Below are positions 48,937 through 57,784 of a stretch of 59,169 bases of DNA, piece by piece. Each line of letters starts with the position of its first letter. Position 1 is the stretch's first letter. Made by a program: the position numbers and the translations under genes. The notes beneath the pieces were generated by a model, which saw only the letters and a list, made by a program, of their open reading frames with translations, was not told the origin of the DNA and made no database searches. Location of the stretch: positions 1-59,169 of IMG/VR virus record IMGVR_UViG_3300024328_000748. One strand, 5' to 3'. The DNA comes from a virus. Taxonomy: Duplodnaviria; Caudoviricetes.

Positions 48937-49266
48937 ATGAAAGTAAACATAAATGATATACAAGGCGAAATAGCCAAACAAGACGAACGTTATACAGTTA
49001 CTGATAATAAGACTCTTACGAATCTAGTGCTTAGTTCTACTAGATTACAACCTAATTGTGCTACAAATGGCCATTCACATGCAGGCCAAGAAGAAATTTA
49101 TTATTTTGTAGGTGGTTCAGGTAAAATGCAATTAGGTGAAGAATACATTAATTTTATAGAAGGTGATGTTATTCTAATTCCAGATGGAATATTCCACAAA
49201 GTATCAGCAGGACCATTTGGTGCATATTTTGTATGCGTATTTGATGGGAAACGATATGATCATTAA
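48937..49266 (+). CDS. Cupin domain protein
   Basis: HSHAGQEEIY...GDVILIPDGIFH. Confidence 0.85.
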   Translation: MKVNINDIQGEIAKQDERYTVTDNKTLTNLVLSSTRLQPNCATNGHSHAGQEEIYYFVGGSGKMQLGEEYINFIEGDVILIPDGIFHKVSAGPFGAYFVCVFDGKRYDH

Positions 49267-49684
49267 TAAAGTAGGATTCACGTGTAGCACGTTTGATTTA
49301 CTCCATGCAGGACATATTGGCATGTTAAGAGAAGCAAAAGAACATTGTGATTATTTAATTGTAGGACTACAAAGCGATCCAACTATTGATAGACCTGATA
49401 CTAAAAACAAACCAATACAAACAATGGTAGAACGTTACGCACAACTTAATGCATTGCATCTAGTTGATGAGATTGTTCCATATCAAACAGAAGAAGATCT
49501 AATTGACATACTAGAATTGTTTGCAATTGATGTAAGATTTTTAGGTGAAGAATACAGAGAAAAAGAATTTACTGGAAAAGACGTATGTCGTAAGCGTGGC
49601 ATAGATTTACATTTTAACAAACGTGACCATAGGTTCAGCACAAGTTCACTACGGAAACGTGTTTGCGAAAAGGAAACTAAATGA
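49256..49684 (+). CDS. Cytidylyltransferase (TagD/RfaE-like)
   Basis: TFDLLHAGH, LIVGLQSD, ER, FSTSSLR. Confidence 0.88.
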   Translation: MIINKVGFTCSTFDLLHAGHIGMLREAKEHCDYLIVGLQSDPTIDRPDTKNKPIQTMVERYAQLNALHLVDEIVPYQTEEDLIDILELFAIDVRFLGEEYREKEFTGKDVCRKRGIDLHFNKRDHRFSTSSLRKRVCEKETK

Positions 49685-50220
49685 CAATACATGCAATGAT
49701 TGATTTGGAAACATTAGGCACTGCACCTGATTGTGCCGTGTTAACTATTGGCGGTGTTAAGTTTAATCCCAATGCTATATCAGAACCATATCAACCTTTC
49801 TACTATAGATTTGAAGTAGACGAGCAATTAGAAAAAGGTCGCACAGTATTAGACAGCACATTAGAATGGTGGGGTCAGCAAGCAGACGATGTTCGTGAAG
49901 AAGCATTAGGCGATGCAGACAGAACACCCGTGCTAGAAGTATTACAAGCACTAAACAAATGGTGTGTAGGTGTTGATACTATTTGGTGTCAAGGACCTGC
50001 ATTTGATATTGTAATACTGGAGAGCATGTTTAAAGAATACAATCATCACATACCTTGGCCGTTTTGGAAGATACGTGATAGTAGAACACTGTTTGGTATT
50101 ATGCCAAAAGATCCACGCAAAGCAATTAACTTTGCGGCTCACAATGCATTAGAAGATTGTAAAGTTCAAGCATTGTGTGTTCAGCAAACACTACAAAAGT
50201 TACAACTGGAGGTTAGGTAA
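49681..50220 (+). CDS. DEDDh 3'-5' exonuclease
   Basis: MIDLETLG, FD, RDSRT, HNALED. Confidence 0.85.
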   Translation: MTIHAMIDLETLGTAPDCAVLTIGGVKFNPNAISEPYQPFYYRFEVDEQLEKGRTVLDSTLEWWGQQADDVREEALGDADRTPVLEVLQALNKWCVGVDTIWCQGPAFDIVILESMFKEYNHHIPWPFWKIRDSRTLFGIMPKDPRKAINFAAHNALEDCKVQALCVQQTLQKLQLEVR

Positions 50221-50468
50221 TGTTACACACTGTAGAAGCACTAATAGACAAGATTAAAGCAATGCACGATAAAGCAATTTTACTACATAGACTTCGAAAT
50301 CAGTATTCAGAACATGCAGACCAAACATACGACAAAGCAGAATGCCAGTCTCTAATTGATGATATTCAATACATGGCTAAACTTATTTCAAACGATAAAC
50401 AAGGTGATGAGATTAAAACCGAGATGGAATACAAGAAATTTTTAAAGGATAACGAAAATGAGAATTGA
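50220..50468 (+). CDS. Hypothetical protein
   Basis: TAATG-coupled ORF with a GGAGG SD. Confidence 0.6.
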   Translation: MLHTVEALIDKIKAMHDKAILLHRLRNQYSEHADQTYDKAECQSLIDDIQYMAKLISNDKQGDEIKTEMEYKKFLKDNENEN

Positions 50469-51588
50469 CCAAGATATTAAACTAGACTACAGTGATGTGT
50501 TAATTCGCCCAAAGCGTAGTACATTAAGTTCACGCAAACAAGTAAGACTTGAACGCAAGTTTAAATTTAGAAACAGCAGACACGAGTACGAAGGTATTCC
50601 TATTATGGCTGCTAATATGGATGGTGTTGGAACATTTGAACTAGCAGATGAACTTGCACAACAAAATATATTTACATGTTTAGTAAAAACATATTCAGTG
50701 GAAGAACTTGTAGATTTTTTTAACAATGATTATCCAGATAATAGAAGAACACAAAACATTGCTATGAGCATTGGTACAGGAACAATAGACTTTGATAAGT
50801 TAGAAGCCGTGTATAATAAAGTAAGCAATAAACTAAAATATGTATGTATGGATATTGCAAATGGTTACAGTGACCATTTTGCACAACACGTTAAAAAAGT
50901 ACGTGATAAATTTCCGAACTTAGTAATTATAGCAGGTAACGTAGTTACTGGAGAAATGACAGAGGAGTTAATTTTAAATGGAGCTGATATTGTTAAAGTG
51001 GGCATTGGTCCCGGGTCTGTTTGCACTACTAGGATTCAAACTGGTGTGGGATACCCGCAACTATCTGCGGTCATCGAATGCGCCGATGCAGCACACGGAC
51101 TTGGGGGTCACATTATTGCTGATGGTGGGTGCAGTTGCCCTGGAGATGTCGCTAAAGCCTTTGCTGCTGGAGCAGATTTTGTTATGCTTGGTGGCATGCT
51201 CGCTGGGCACGATGAAGGCGGCGGCGAAGTAATTACCCGATACTATGAAACTAGTGAACTAGAATATGAAGTTGGCGAGCATTTAAATAATCGCAAACAT
51301 AAAGTAGAAGAAAAGAAGTTTGTACAATTTTATGGAATGAGTTCAGATGCAGCCAACACAAAACATTTTGGCGGACTAAAAGACTATCGTTCAAGTGAAG
51401 GACGTGAAGTACTTGTGCCATATCGCGGTGCAGTTGCTAACACACTTCAAAATATATTAGGTGGAATTAGATCAACTTGCACATATGCAGGCGCAATGAA
51501 ACTCAAACAACTTAGTAAATGCACAACGTTTGTTCGTGTTAACAATCAGTTTAACAAAACATACGAAAGCACAACAACCAAAATATAA
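50458..51588 (+). CDS. guaC: GMP reductase
   Basis: [46 protein letters not shown]. Confidence 0.93.
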   Translation: MRIDQDIKLDYSDVLIRPKRSTLSSRKQVRLERKFKFRNSRHEYEGIPIMAANMDGVGTFELADELAQQNIFTCLVKTYSVEELVDFFNNDYPDNRRTQNIAMSIGTGTIDFDKLEAVYNKVSNKLKYVCMDIANGYSDHFAQHVKKVRDKFPNLVIIAGNVVTGEMTEELILNGADIVKVGIGPGSVCTTRIQTGVGYPQLSAVIECADAAHGLGGHIIADGGCSCPGDVAKAFAAGADFVMLGGMLAGHDEGGGEVITRYYETSELEYEVGEHLNNRKHKVEEKKFVQFYGMSSDAANTKHFGGLKDYRSSEGREVLVPYRGAVANTLQNILGGIRSTCTYAGAMKLKQLSKCTTFVRVNNQFNKTYESTTTKI

Positions 51589-51672
51589 CTTTTAAACAGG
51601 TATGTATACAGTGCATATCGTCTTTGCATAAATAAGTATGGTTTATTGCGTTCATACGTGATAAATAAAAGT

Positions 51673-51919
51673 GTAATAAACAACAGCACAACGTTGTGTT
51701 GTTATTTACATATACAACGTAGTATAGAGCGACCTCGGCTCGGAAAAAAAGAGCGGCAGTTAGTGCCACGCTAACTGACTCTGGGAAAGACCAGGGCATA
51801 ACCCATGCCTTACAAGCGATACGTTAGCAGGTATCGTGGTAGCGGCCAGGAGAGACTGGCAAAGAAGAAACGGATGCTTTCCCAAAAACATCCCATATAA
51901 AACATTTAAGGAGAAGCCA
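51673..51919 (+). ncRNA. Candidate multi-hairpin structured RNA leader (about 250 nt)
   Basis: At least seven consecutive hairpins, two GARAGA-loop stems and an 8-nt long-range complement; begins 5 nt after TAAATA (51662-51667). Confidence 0.6.
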
Positions 51920-52114
51920 ATGGCAACCAATTTTTTTGGTGCATGGGCAGGACTCTTCAACGGATCACGTAGAACTCGTGTGAGATATGAGGCTGAACTG
52001 CTTACCTATGCAAAAACGGAATACACTAACGACTGGCAGTATGCATATCAGTATATGCTGGCCAACAAGGGCAAAGGCCCACAAACAGTATCACTGAAGG
52101 TGGGTGCAAAATAA
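51920..52114 (+). CDS. Small protein 1 (64 aa)
   Basis: TAAGGAG SD; start moved to MATNFF. Confidence 0.7.
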   Translation: MATNFFGAWAGLFNGSRRTRVRYEAELLTYAKTEYTNDWQYAYQYMLANKGKGPQTVSLKVGAK

Positions 52115-52284
52115 TGATTAAACGATTAATTAAAATGGCAAGAATGTCAACGTTATCAAGAGAAGAAAAATACTTAGCTAGTTCAACGGATCTAGTTGAG
52201 CTCGAAAGACGTCAAAGACTAATACAGAGAGGCCAAGCACCTTGGCAACCTGTAACTAATAAAAATTTAAGAGGATGGGTATAA
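52114..52284 (+). CDS. DUF3563-like small protein (56 aa, not in ORF track)
   Basis: EEKYLASSTDLVELERRQR resembles the AYL/DLE signature; TAATG coupling. Confidence 0.65.
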   Translation: MIKRLIKMARMSTLSREEKYLASSTDLVELERRQRLIQRGQAPWQPVTNKNLRGWV

Positions 52285-52469
52285 TGACTACAACAGTATT
52301 ATATAACACTACATGCAGAGTATGTGACACAATCAAAGTAGGTTTAGTAACAGCCGCTATGGCAGTATGGGCATTTGGCGAAAGTGCCGGAAGAGCAAGA
52401 GCAGCCGCAGAACTACACCGCCAAGGCTATACAAAAGAAGCTAAAGCATTAATGTTGAGTGACAACTAA
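52284..52469 (+). CDS. Small protein 3 (61 aa)
   Basis: TAATG coupling; GESAGRARAAAELHRQGY. Confidence 0.7.
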   Translation: MTTTVLYNTTCRVCDTIKVGLVTAAMAVWAFGESAGRARAAAELHRQGYTKEAKALMLSDN

Positions 52470-52603
52470 TGTTTAAGAGATTTTTAAAAGCAATGGAATA
52501 CAGAAGTTATTGCATGAGCATACAGCAACTTAGAAACATGGGCGAGTTTGAAAAAGCCAATGAAATATCTGAGTTCAAGCATAATATGTATCCTACACAC
52601 TGA
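52469..52603 (+). CDS. Small protein 4 (44 aa, not in ORF track)
   Basis: TAATG coupling; MFKRFLKAMEYRSY... Confidence 0.6.
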   Translation: MFKRFLKAMEYRSYCMSIQQLRNMGEFEKANEISEFKHNMYPTH

Positions 52604-52614
52604 GGAATAATAAA

Positions 52615-52788
52615 ATGAAACTGATCAGAACACTGAAAAACATTTTGAGTTCAAGCTATGATAGACAAGGTGCTCGTGCTTTACACAGCATGACTGACCG
52701 CGAACTAGCAGACATTGGAATATGTCGTGGTGATATCAATAGACTAGTTAGAACACAAGGTGAATTTAACAGAAAAAACCAAATGTAA
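52615..52788 (+). CDS. DUF1127 (YjiS-like) small protein (57 aa, not in ORF track)
   Basis: LHSMTDRELADIGICRGDI matches the LxxxxDxxLxDIGxxRxxI signature; GAGGA SD. Confidence 0.85.
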   Translation: MKLIRTLKNILSSSYDRQGARALHSMTDRELADIGICRGDINRLVRTQGEFNRKNQM

Positions 52789-52811
52789 CAACCTATAAAT
52801 ATCTTTACATT

Positions 52812-52848
52812 AAAAACCGTATATTGTTAACGCAGTGTACGGTTTTTT
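52812..52848 (+). terminator. Probable terminator closing the small-protein operon
   Basis: AAAAACCGTATATTG...CAGTGTACGGTTTTTT. Confidence 0.7.
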
Positions 52849-52881
52849 ATTATGTACAGTTTTAATCGGCTAAATACTATT

Positions 52882-53865
52882 ATGAGTAAAGTAAATCTAA
52901 TACCCGACTTAGTACAACAAATAACTGTAGCTAAAACGCAGGAAGAAAAGTATGAGCTTGTAAAAAAGTATGAAAAAGAAACATTAGTTAAGCGTATAAT
53001 GATTTTTGCATACAATCCATGGATAGATTTTAAATTACAAACTTTTACACCAAAGCACAGCGGTAAACAATTTGGCATGGGTATAAGTAAATTTATGCAC
53101 ATGTTCGAAGAAATTATTGAAGGACAACTTGATCCAAAGGATGCAGAGTTTGGATTTAATATGGCATTTTTGCATATAGAGACAAACCAAGCACCTGTTA
53201 TGCTTGCACTAATTAATCAGACATTAGACAAACAACTAGGACTTACTGCAGAAACAATAAACCGTGTGTGGCCAAATTCAATACACACATACCCATTACG
53301 TGTAGCATTAGAATCAAATTACACAAAATTTGATAACTTTCCTGCATCTGTGCAAACAGTAAGTGAAGGTCTACGTATAAATGTTATTGTATATGATGGA
53401 ACTGTATCTTTTAGACAAAAAGATGGCACTGTAATTGAAGGATGGAAATATTGGAATCAACAGTTTCTTAATCTTGCACAAGGGCAGAATACTGTATTTG
53501 ATGGACATGCCGTAATTGCAAAAAACAACAAGGTAGCTGAAACAGACAACGCCAAAGTATTAGAGGCCGATATTGAAGATATAAGATTTATATTTTGGGA
53601 TGTTATACGTTACGATGGATTTGTTCACGGCGAAGATACACGCATAGGGTACAACTGGCGTTACAACGGACTTGAACATATGATGATGTTAGCATATGCA
53701 AAGAACCCAGAACCATGTTATGATATATTAAAAGCAGAAATGGTTGGGTCCAAAGAACAATTAGAATCTACTATTAAAAACTATAGTAAGGCAGTTATAA
53801 AGTCGTTAGATAGTACTTGGTCTGATGGCTCAACTGAGAATGAAATTATTTTTTCTCAGAAATAA
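52882..53865 (+). CDS. Degenerate ATP-dependent DNA ligase-like protein
   Basis: T4 gp30-like order AYNP...ETINRVWP...FPASVQTVSEGLR...VFDGH...FIFWD, but motif I KxDG reads VSEG and there is no OB domain. Confidence 0.65.
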   Translation: MSKVNLIPDLVQQITVAKTQEEKYELVKKYEKETLVKRIMIFAYNPWIDFKLQTFTPKHSGKQFGMGISKFMHMFEEIIEGQLDPKDAEFGFNMAFLHIETNQAPVMLALINQTLDKQLGLTAETINRVWPNSIHTYPLRVALESNYTKFDNFPASVQTVSEGLRINVIVYDGTVSFRQKDGTVIEGWKYWNQQFLNLAQGQNTVFDGHAVIAKNNKVAETDNAKVLEADIEDIRFIFWDVIRYDGFVHGEDTRIGYNWRYNGLEHMMMLAYAKNPEPCYDILKAEMVGSKEQLESTIKNYSKAVIKSLDSTWSDGSTENEIIFSQK

Positions 53866-54166
53866 TTTGTTCTAGTCTGTGATTATTTTGCACTCTTGTA
53901 TTTCTAATATATCTCCAAATCTTACCTCTGCCGTTATCAACTTCAAAGATAGTTTCTGAATAACCTATACTGATAATAGTAGCACGTTCTCCATCCAAAT
54001 ATACTACATCTCCGGGCTCAAATCCAGGTTTCATTTTCCAGCGTATACTCGCTACTACGTCACCTACTAATTCTTTAACCCATAGTGCAACAATACCTGA
54101 TACTAGTAATGCTAATACTGGTGTTACATAAGCAGTTATGCCTGCCTCTAATACTGATTGATCCAT
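53846..54166 (-). CDS. Small MscS-like membrane protein
   Basis: TM helix followed by FEPGDVVYLDGERATIISIG beta domain. Confidence 0.6.
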   Translation of the reverse strand: MDQSVLEAGITAYVTPVLALLVSGIVALWVKELVGDVVASIRWKMKPGFEPGDVVYLDGERATIISIGYSETIFEVDNGRGKIWRYIRNTRVQNNHRLEQIISEKK

Positions 54167-54169
54167 AAT

Positions 54170-54535
54170 TTATTCCTCATTTTCAATTTTTATATGATCT
54201 TGATGCGCTTGTCCGCTTCTACCACATTCATAAACACAAACCGGTGATGGATTATCGCTATTCCATCCTTCAAAATTTATATACGATTTGTATATAGGGT
54301 TCTCCATAATTTCTTTCCATGTATATTTTCCTAAGTCATTAAAATTTGGATCGCTTTTTAAAAGTTCCTCTAATTTTTCATCAGGATGCTCTTTAAGTAT
54401 CCTCTTCCATCCTCGTATCCACACACAACATGGCCATAATTTACCACCCTCGTCTACTTCCCATTCCCTTCTATTACTAGTAGAGTTAGCATCATAACTA
54501 TGATTAAGACATTCGGGTACTATTGTTCCCTTCAT
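54170..54535 (-). CDS. Stand-alone SPASM/twitch-like Fe-S domain (copy 2)
   Basis: PEC...GKLWPCC...CVYEC. Confidence 0.7.
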   Translation of the reverse strand: MKGTIVPECLNHSYDANSTSNRREWEVDEGGKLWPCCVWIRGWKRILKEHPDEKLEELLKSDPNFNDLGKYTWKEIMENPIYKSYINFEGWNSDNPSPVCVYECGRSGQAHQDHIKIENEE

Positions 54536-55179
54536 ACTAATTTCTCCAATATTTTCTCACATACTTTTTTATTTTCAGAACTTATTAGACCGATGTGACG
54601 TCTATTAAATTTGAAAATAATATTAATATTATGTTTTTTTGCAAAGTTATGAGCTTCTTCTACTTCATGCCAGTTCCATTCAAATATAAGAAAGTGCCAT
54701 TCTATGTCAGCATCTGTTTTTGAAAATGCTATCATGTTATCCATAGCACGTTGCCAATTAACTCCTTCTCGGTATTTCCAATTTGAATCATGTGACATTC
54801 CATCTATACCAAAACATATAAATAATTTATTTCCATACTTGTTACCCATTCTAGTATACCATTCTGGATCTCGCAATCCACCATTTGTATTAATAATTAA
54901 TCGTCCTATACTTTCTTTAGAAAATATTCTATTAACAAAGTCTGTTATTCGGGGATGCATCATAGGGTCACCTAGTTCTCCGCAGAATTGTGCAATTGTT
55001 AAATTATCGGAGCAATTATTAACTATTTTGTTGAATAAATCATATGGCATATGAGTAGGAGTTAACCAATCTGCTGTTTCTCCAGTATCTGGATTAGTTC
55101 GTTGACAACTTCTACATTTAGCTTGACAGTATGTAGTAATAGCAAAATCAGTTTGAACCAGTTTTGGTTGATGTATCAT
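54532..55179 (-). CDS. Radical SAM core (copy 2)
   Basis: CQAKCRSC, CGELGDP, NTNGG, FGIDG. Confidence 0.85.
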   Translation of the reverse strand: MIHQPKLVQTDFAITTYCQAKCRSCQRTNPDTGETADWLTPTHMPYDLFNKIVNNCSDNLTIAQFCGELGDPMMHPRITDFVNRIFSKESIGRLIINTNGGLRDPEWYTRMGNKYGNKLFICFGIDGMSHDSNWKYREGVNWQRAMDNMIAFSKTDADIEWHFLIFEWNWHEVEEAHNFAKKHNINIIFKFNRRHIGLISSENKKVCEKILEKLV

Positions 55180-55532
55180 CTCTTTGTCAATTCCTTTTGA
55201 TATGCATCTGCTCTTGCCTTCCCACACTCTTTAATACACATAGGTGGCGGGTTATCACTATTCCACCCATCAAAATTTATATACGATTTATATATTGGAT
55301 TGTTTGTAATTTCTTCCCACGTATATTTGTTTAAATCATTAAAGTTTGGATTGGCTTTTAACATTTCGGCTAATTTGTCATCTTGTCTTATTGCCATTGA
55401 ATGATCCCACCCTTGTATCCAAACACAACACGGCCATAGTTTTCCAGCTTGATCTACTTCCCACTCTTTTCTCTTGCCACCGTCACTGTCTGAATCTAGT
55501 TTAATGCAATCCGGTACTACTTCATTTTTCAT
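55176..55532 (-). CDS. Stand-alone SPASM/twitch-like Fe-S domain (copy 1)
   Basis: PDC...GKLWPCC...CIKEC. Confidence 0.7.
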   Translation of the reverse strand: MKNEVVPDCIKLDSDSDGGKRKEWEVDQAGKLWPCCVWIQGWDHSMAIRQDDKLAEMLKANPNFNDLNKYTWEEITNNPIYKSYINFDGWNSDNPPPMCIKECGKARADAYQKELTKR

Positions 55533-56172
55533 CTTTGATTATCCTCGACAAAATTTTATTACATTCTATTTTATTTTCTTTGCTTATTAATCCGTGTTTC
55601 CTATAGTTATATTTAAATGCAATTTCAATATCAGCTTCAAGTGAAAAATCATAGGCTTGTTGAACTTCTTGCCAATTCCAGTCAAATATAATATAATGCC
55701 ACTCAGTTCTTCCGCCTGATTGGTTGAACGCTATCATGTTATCCATTGCTCGTTGCCAATCAACACCTTCTCTGTATTTCCAATTAGTGTCATGTGACAT
55801 GCCATCAATACCAAAAAACATTTGTAATTTTCTTCCATATTTTTCAGCCATTGTAGCATACCAGTCTGGAGTTCTTAGGCCACCATTTGTATTAATAAGT
55901 AAACTAACTAAATTTGGATGGTCAAATATACGATCAACAAAATCTGTTATTCTGGGATGCATCATAGGGTCACCAAGTTCTCCACAAAATTGTGCCATAT
56001 ATAAATCATGTGGAGATTTGTTAAGTATATTATCAAACACTGGATAAGACATATGAGTTGGTGTTAACCAACTATTAACCTCTCCAGTATCTTCATTGGT
56101 TCGTTGACAACTTCTACATTTAGCTTGACAGTATGTAGTAATAGCAAAGTCAATCTGAGTGTTTAATTTCAT
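55522..56172 (-). CDS. Radical SAM core (copy 1)
   Basis: CQAKCRSC etc.; TAAATA-N5-ATG. Confidence 0.85.
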   Translation of the reverse strand: MKLNTQIDFAITTYCQAKCRSCQRTNEDTGEVNSWLTPTHMSYPVFDNILNKSPHDLYMAQFCGELGDPMMHPRITDFVDRIFDHPNLVSLLINTNGGLRTPDWYATMAEKYGRKLQMFFGIDGMSHDTNWKYREGVDWQRAMDNMIAFNQSGGRTEWHYIIFDWNWQEVQQAYDFSLEADIEIAFKYNYRKHGLISKENKIECNKILSRIIKDEK

Positions 56173-56219
56173 ACATGTATTTATCATAAATAAGTATGTA
56201 CTTAATTAAAGGATAACAC

Positions 56220-57014
56220 ATGAAAATAGCATTCTGTATCTCAGGTGAAACAAGAGAACATAATAAGTTTTATGGTCCTGATAGTATGATAACATATCTA
56301 ATGGAACTAGGTCATACTGTAGATGTGTTTGGGCATACATGGGACCACTCAGAAGTGCCAAATTCTAGTTTGTATAATTTTAAATTATTGCAAATAGACA
56401 ATCAACATAAAATTATAAGCGATTGGAAAAATGTCGACTTAATAAATAGAGCATGGTTTGCCGACTCTACGCAAATTGTTAAAGAATCAGGCAAAGAAAT
56501 GATACAGTCGTTAGATATTACAAATGCAAAAATAGGCCAACATGTTAGTGGATGGAAATGTTTGCAAATGCCAGATACAGATCAATATGATGTATTTTAT
56601 CGATGGAGATGGGATTTAAAATTAGATCCTGGTCTACTTGAGAATGAAAGATACATGATAGATAAAACATTAATTCCATGGTTAGATTATGTAAAAACTA
56701 ATAACAAAATACCAATAGTTATAACAGATAATAGTGGGTGGATAGCAAGAAACATTAGTGTACAAGATCAACATTTTTTTATGAATAAATTAACACATCT
56801 AAATATAAAACAAAAATCATGGGAAGAGGCGATATTAAATGTCTGGTACAGAAATAGAGAAAAATGTAGCTATCATATGTTATGGAACTGGATGTTAATA
56901 GATGAAGCAAGCGCATTCATTGGCGAAAAAGTTCATGATATAGTATCGCTTACAGCAACGTTGCCACACAACAACAATGAAAACTTTGAATTAACTGACT
57001 TGGATGAAACGTAA
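56220..57014 (+). CDS. Putative glycosyltransferase-like protein
   Basis: MKIAFCISGETR...DVFGHTW...YDVFYRWRWD pattern. Confidence 0.5.
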   Translation: MKIAFCISGETREHNKFYGPDSMITYLMELGHTVDVFGHTWDHSEVPNSSLYNFKLLQIDNQHKIISDWKNVDLINRAWFADSTQIVKESGKEMIQSLDITNAKIGQHVSGWKCLQMPDTDQYDVFYRWRWDLKLDPGLLENERYMIDKTLIPWLDYVKTNNKIPIVITDNSGWIARNISVQDQHFFMNKLTHLNIKQKSWEEAILNVWYRNREKCSYHMLWNWMLIDEASAFIGEKVHDIVSLTATLPHNNNENFELTDLDET

Positions 57015-57019
57015 AAACT

Positions 57020-57784
57020 ATGAACTACTTGACTAATTGCCAAAAATATAGACAGGATATTATAAGCAGGTTTGAGCCTGCATATATCTTGGAGGAGTTT
57101 TTCTCTGATGATGAGTTACAAACACTTATGGATTATCAATTCCAAAATGCAAAGCGTGTAAAAGCAAGAGTGTCAGGAATGAATATACAAAGTGTCGTAA
57201 GTGTGCAACGTATGTTCAGAGAAAATCAATGGCTGACAGATAAGTTTACAGAAGCATTGGGCGAGTTCGACGAGATACTGACAGGTAATTTTTACATTAC
57301 AATAATGCACCACGATGCTCACGTAGATTTAATCAATGAAGATGAAGAAAACGATCCAGTGTTCCATAACCTAATACCTTGGAAGAGTGTAGTGTTTCCA
57401 ATATTCCTATCAGATAATGCAGACTGCTACACAGCATTTATGGATCAACGTAGAATAGGATATGCAGCCACATTTGATAGACTATCAGTTACTGACCAAG
57501 GAGATAGTAGTTATAAATTGTTTAGAGATTACGATGGATTTATAGATATTAATGGTAATCCGTTACCAAGCACAAATGACAGTCCAGGTTGGTCAGAAGA
57601 AAAGTATCCAATAATACCTAAAGAAAACTTCAGTGGATTTAGCGAAGAAGCAATATTCAGGCAGGTAACAGGTGATGTTATGGTGTTTGATGCATGTCAA
57701 GTTCATGCGAGTTGTCAACTTCCAGGTTCAAATCCACACTGGATGAAAAATGGAATGAACATACAGTTTTATAAATCAGCCTAA
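57020..57784 (+). CDS. 2OG-Fe(II)/PhyH-like protein, paralog of 31490-32239
   Basis: Shared TGNxYIT..HDAHVDL, KSxVxP and FDACQxHAS. Confidence 0.55.
   Translation: MNYLTNCQKYRQDIISRFEPAYILEEFFSDDELQTLMDYQFQNAKRVKARVSGMNIQSVVSVQRMFRENQWLTDKFTEALGEFDEILTGNFYITIMHHDAHVDLINEDEENDPVFHNLIPWKSVVFPIFLSDNADCYTAFMDQRRIGYAATFDRLSVTDQGDSSYKLFRDYDGFIDINGNPLPSTNDSPGWSEEKYPIIPKENFSGFSEEAIFRQVTGDVMVFDACQVHASCQLPGSNPHWMKNGMNIQFYKSA

Larger units (their letters stand above)
54170..56172 (-). repeat. Tandem duplication of an approximately 1 kb radical SAM + SPASM unit
   Basis: Identical 50-mer at 55097-55146 and 56099-56148; both encoded proteins align along their length. Confidence 0.9.

Noticed and set aside
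51781-51860. Cobalamin or glycine riboswitch (CTGGGAAA, GCCAGGAGA)
   Set aside because: The CCCGCAACTGT/GCCACTG core of the B12 element and the CCGAAG/CTCTCAGG of glycine aptamers are missing.
51836-51919. N-terminal extension of the 51836-52114 ORF and the minus ORF 51760-51960
   Set aside because: The strong TAAGGAG SD points to ATG 51920, and the upstream region is better explained as RNA structure.
55522-55532. Programmed frameshift joining radical SAM and SPASM ORFs
   Set aside because: The two copies would need different shifts (+1 versus -1) and each SPASM ORF has its own ATG, so translational coupling is simpler.
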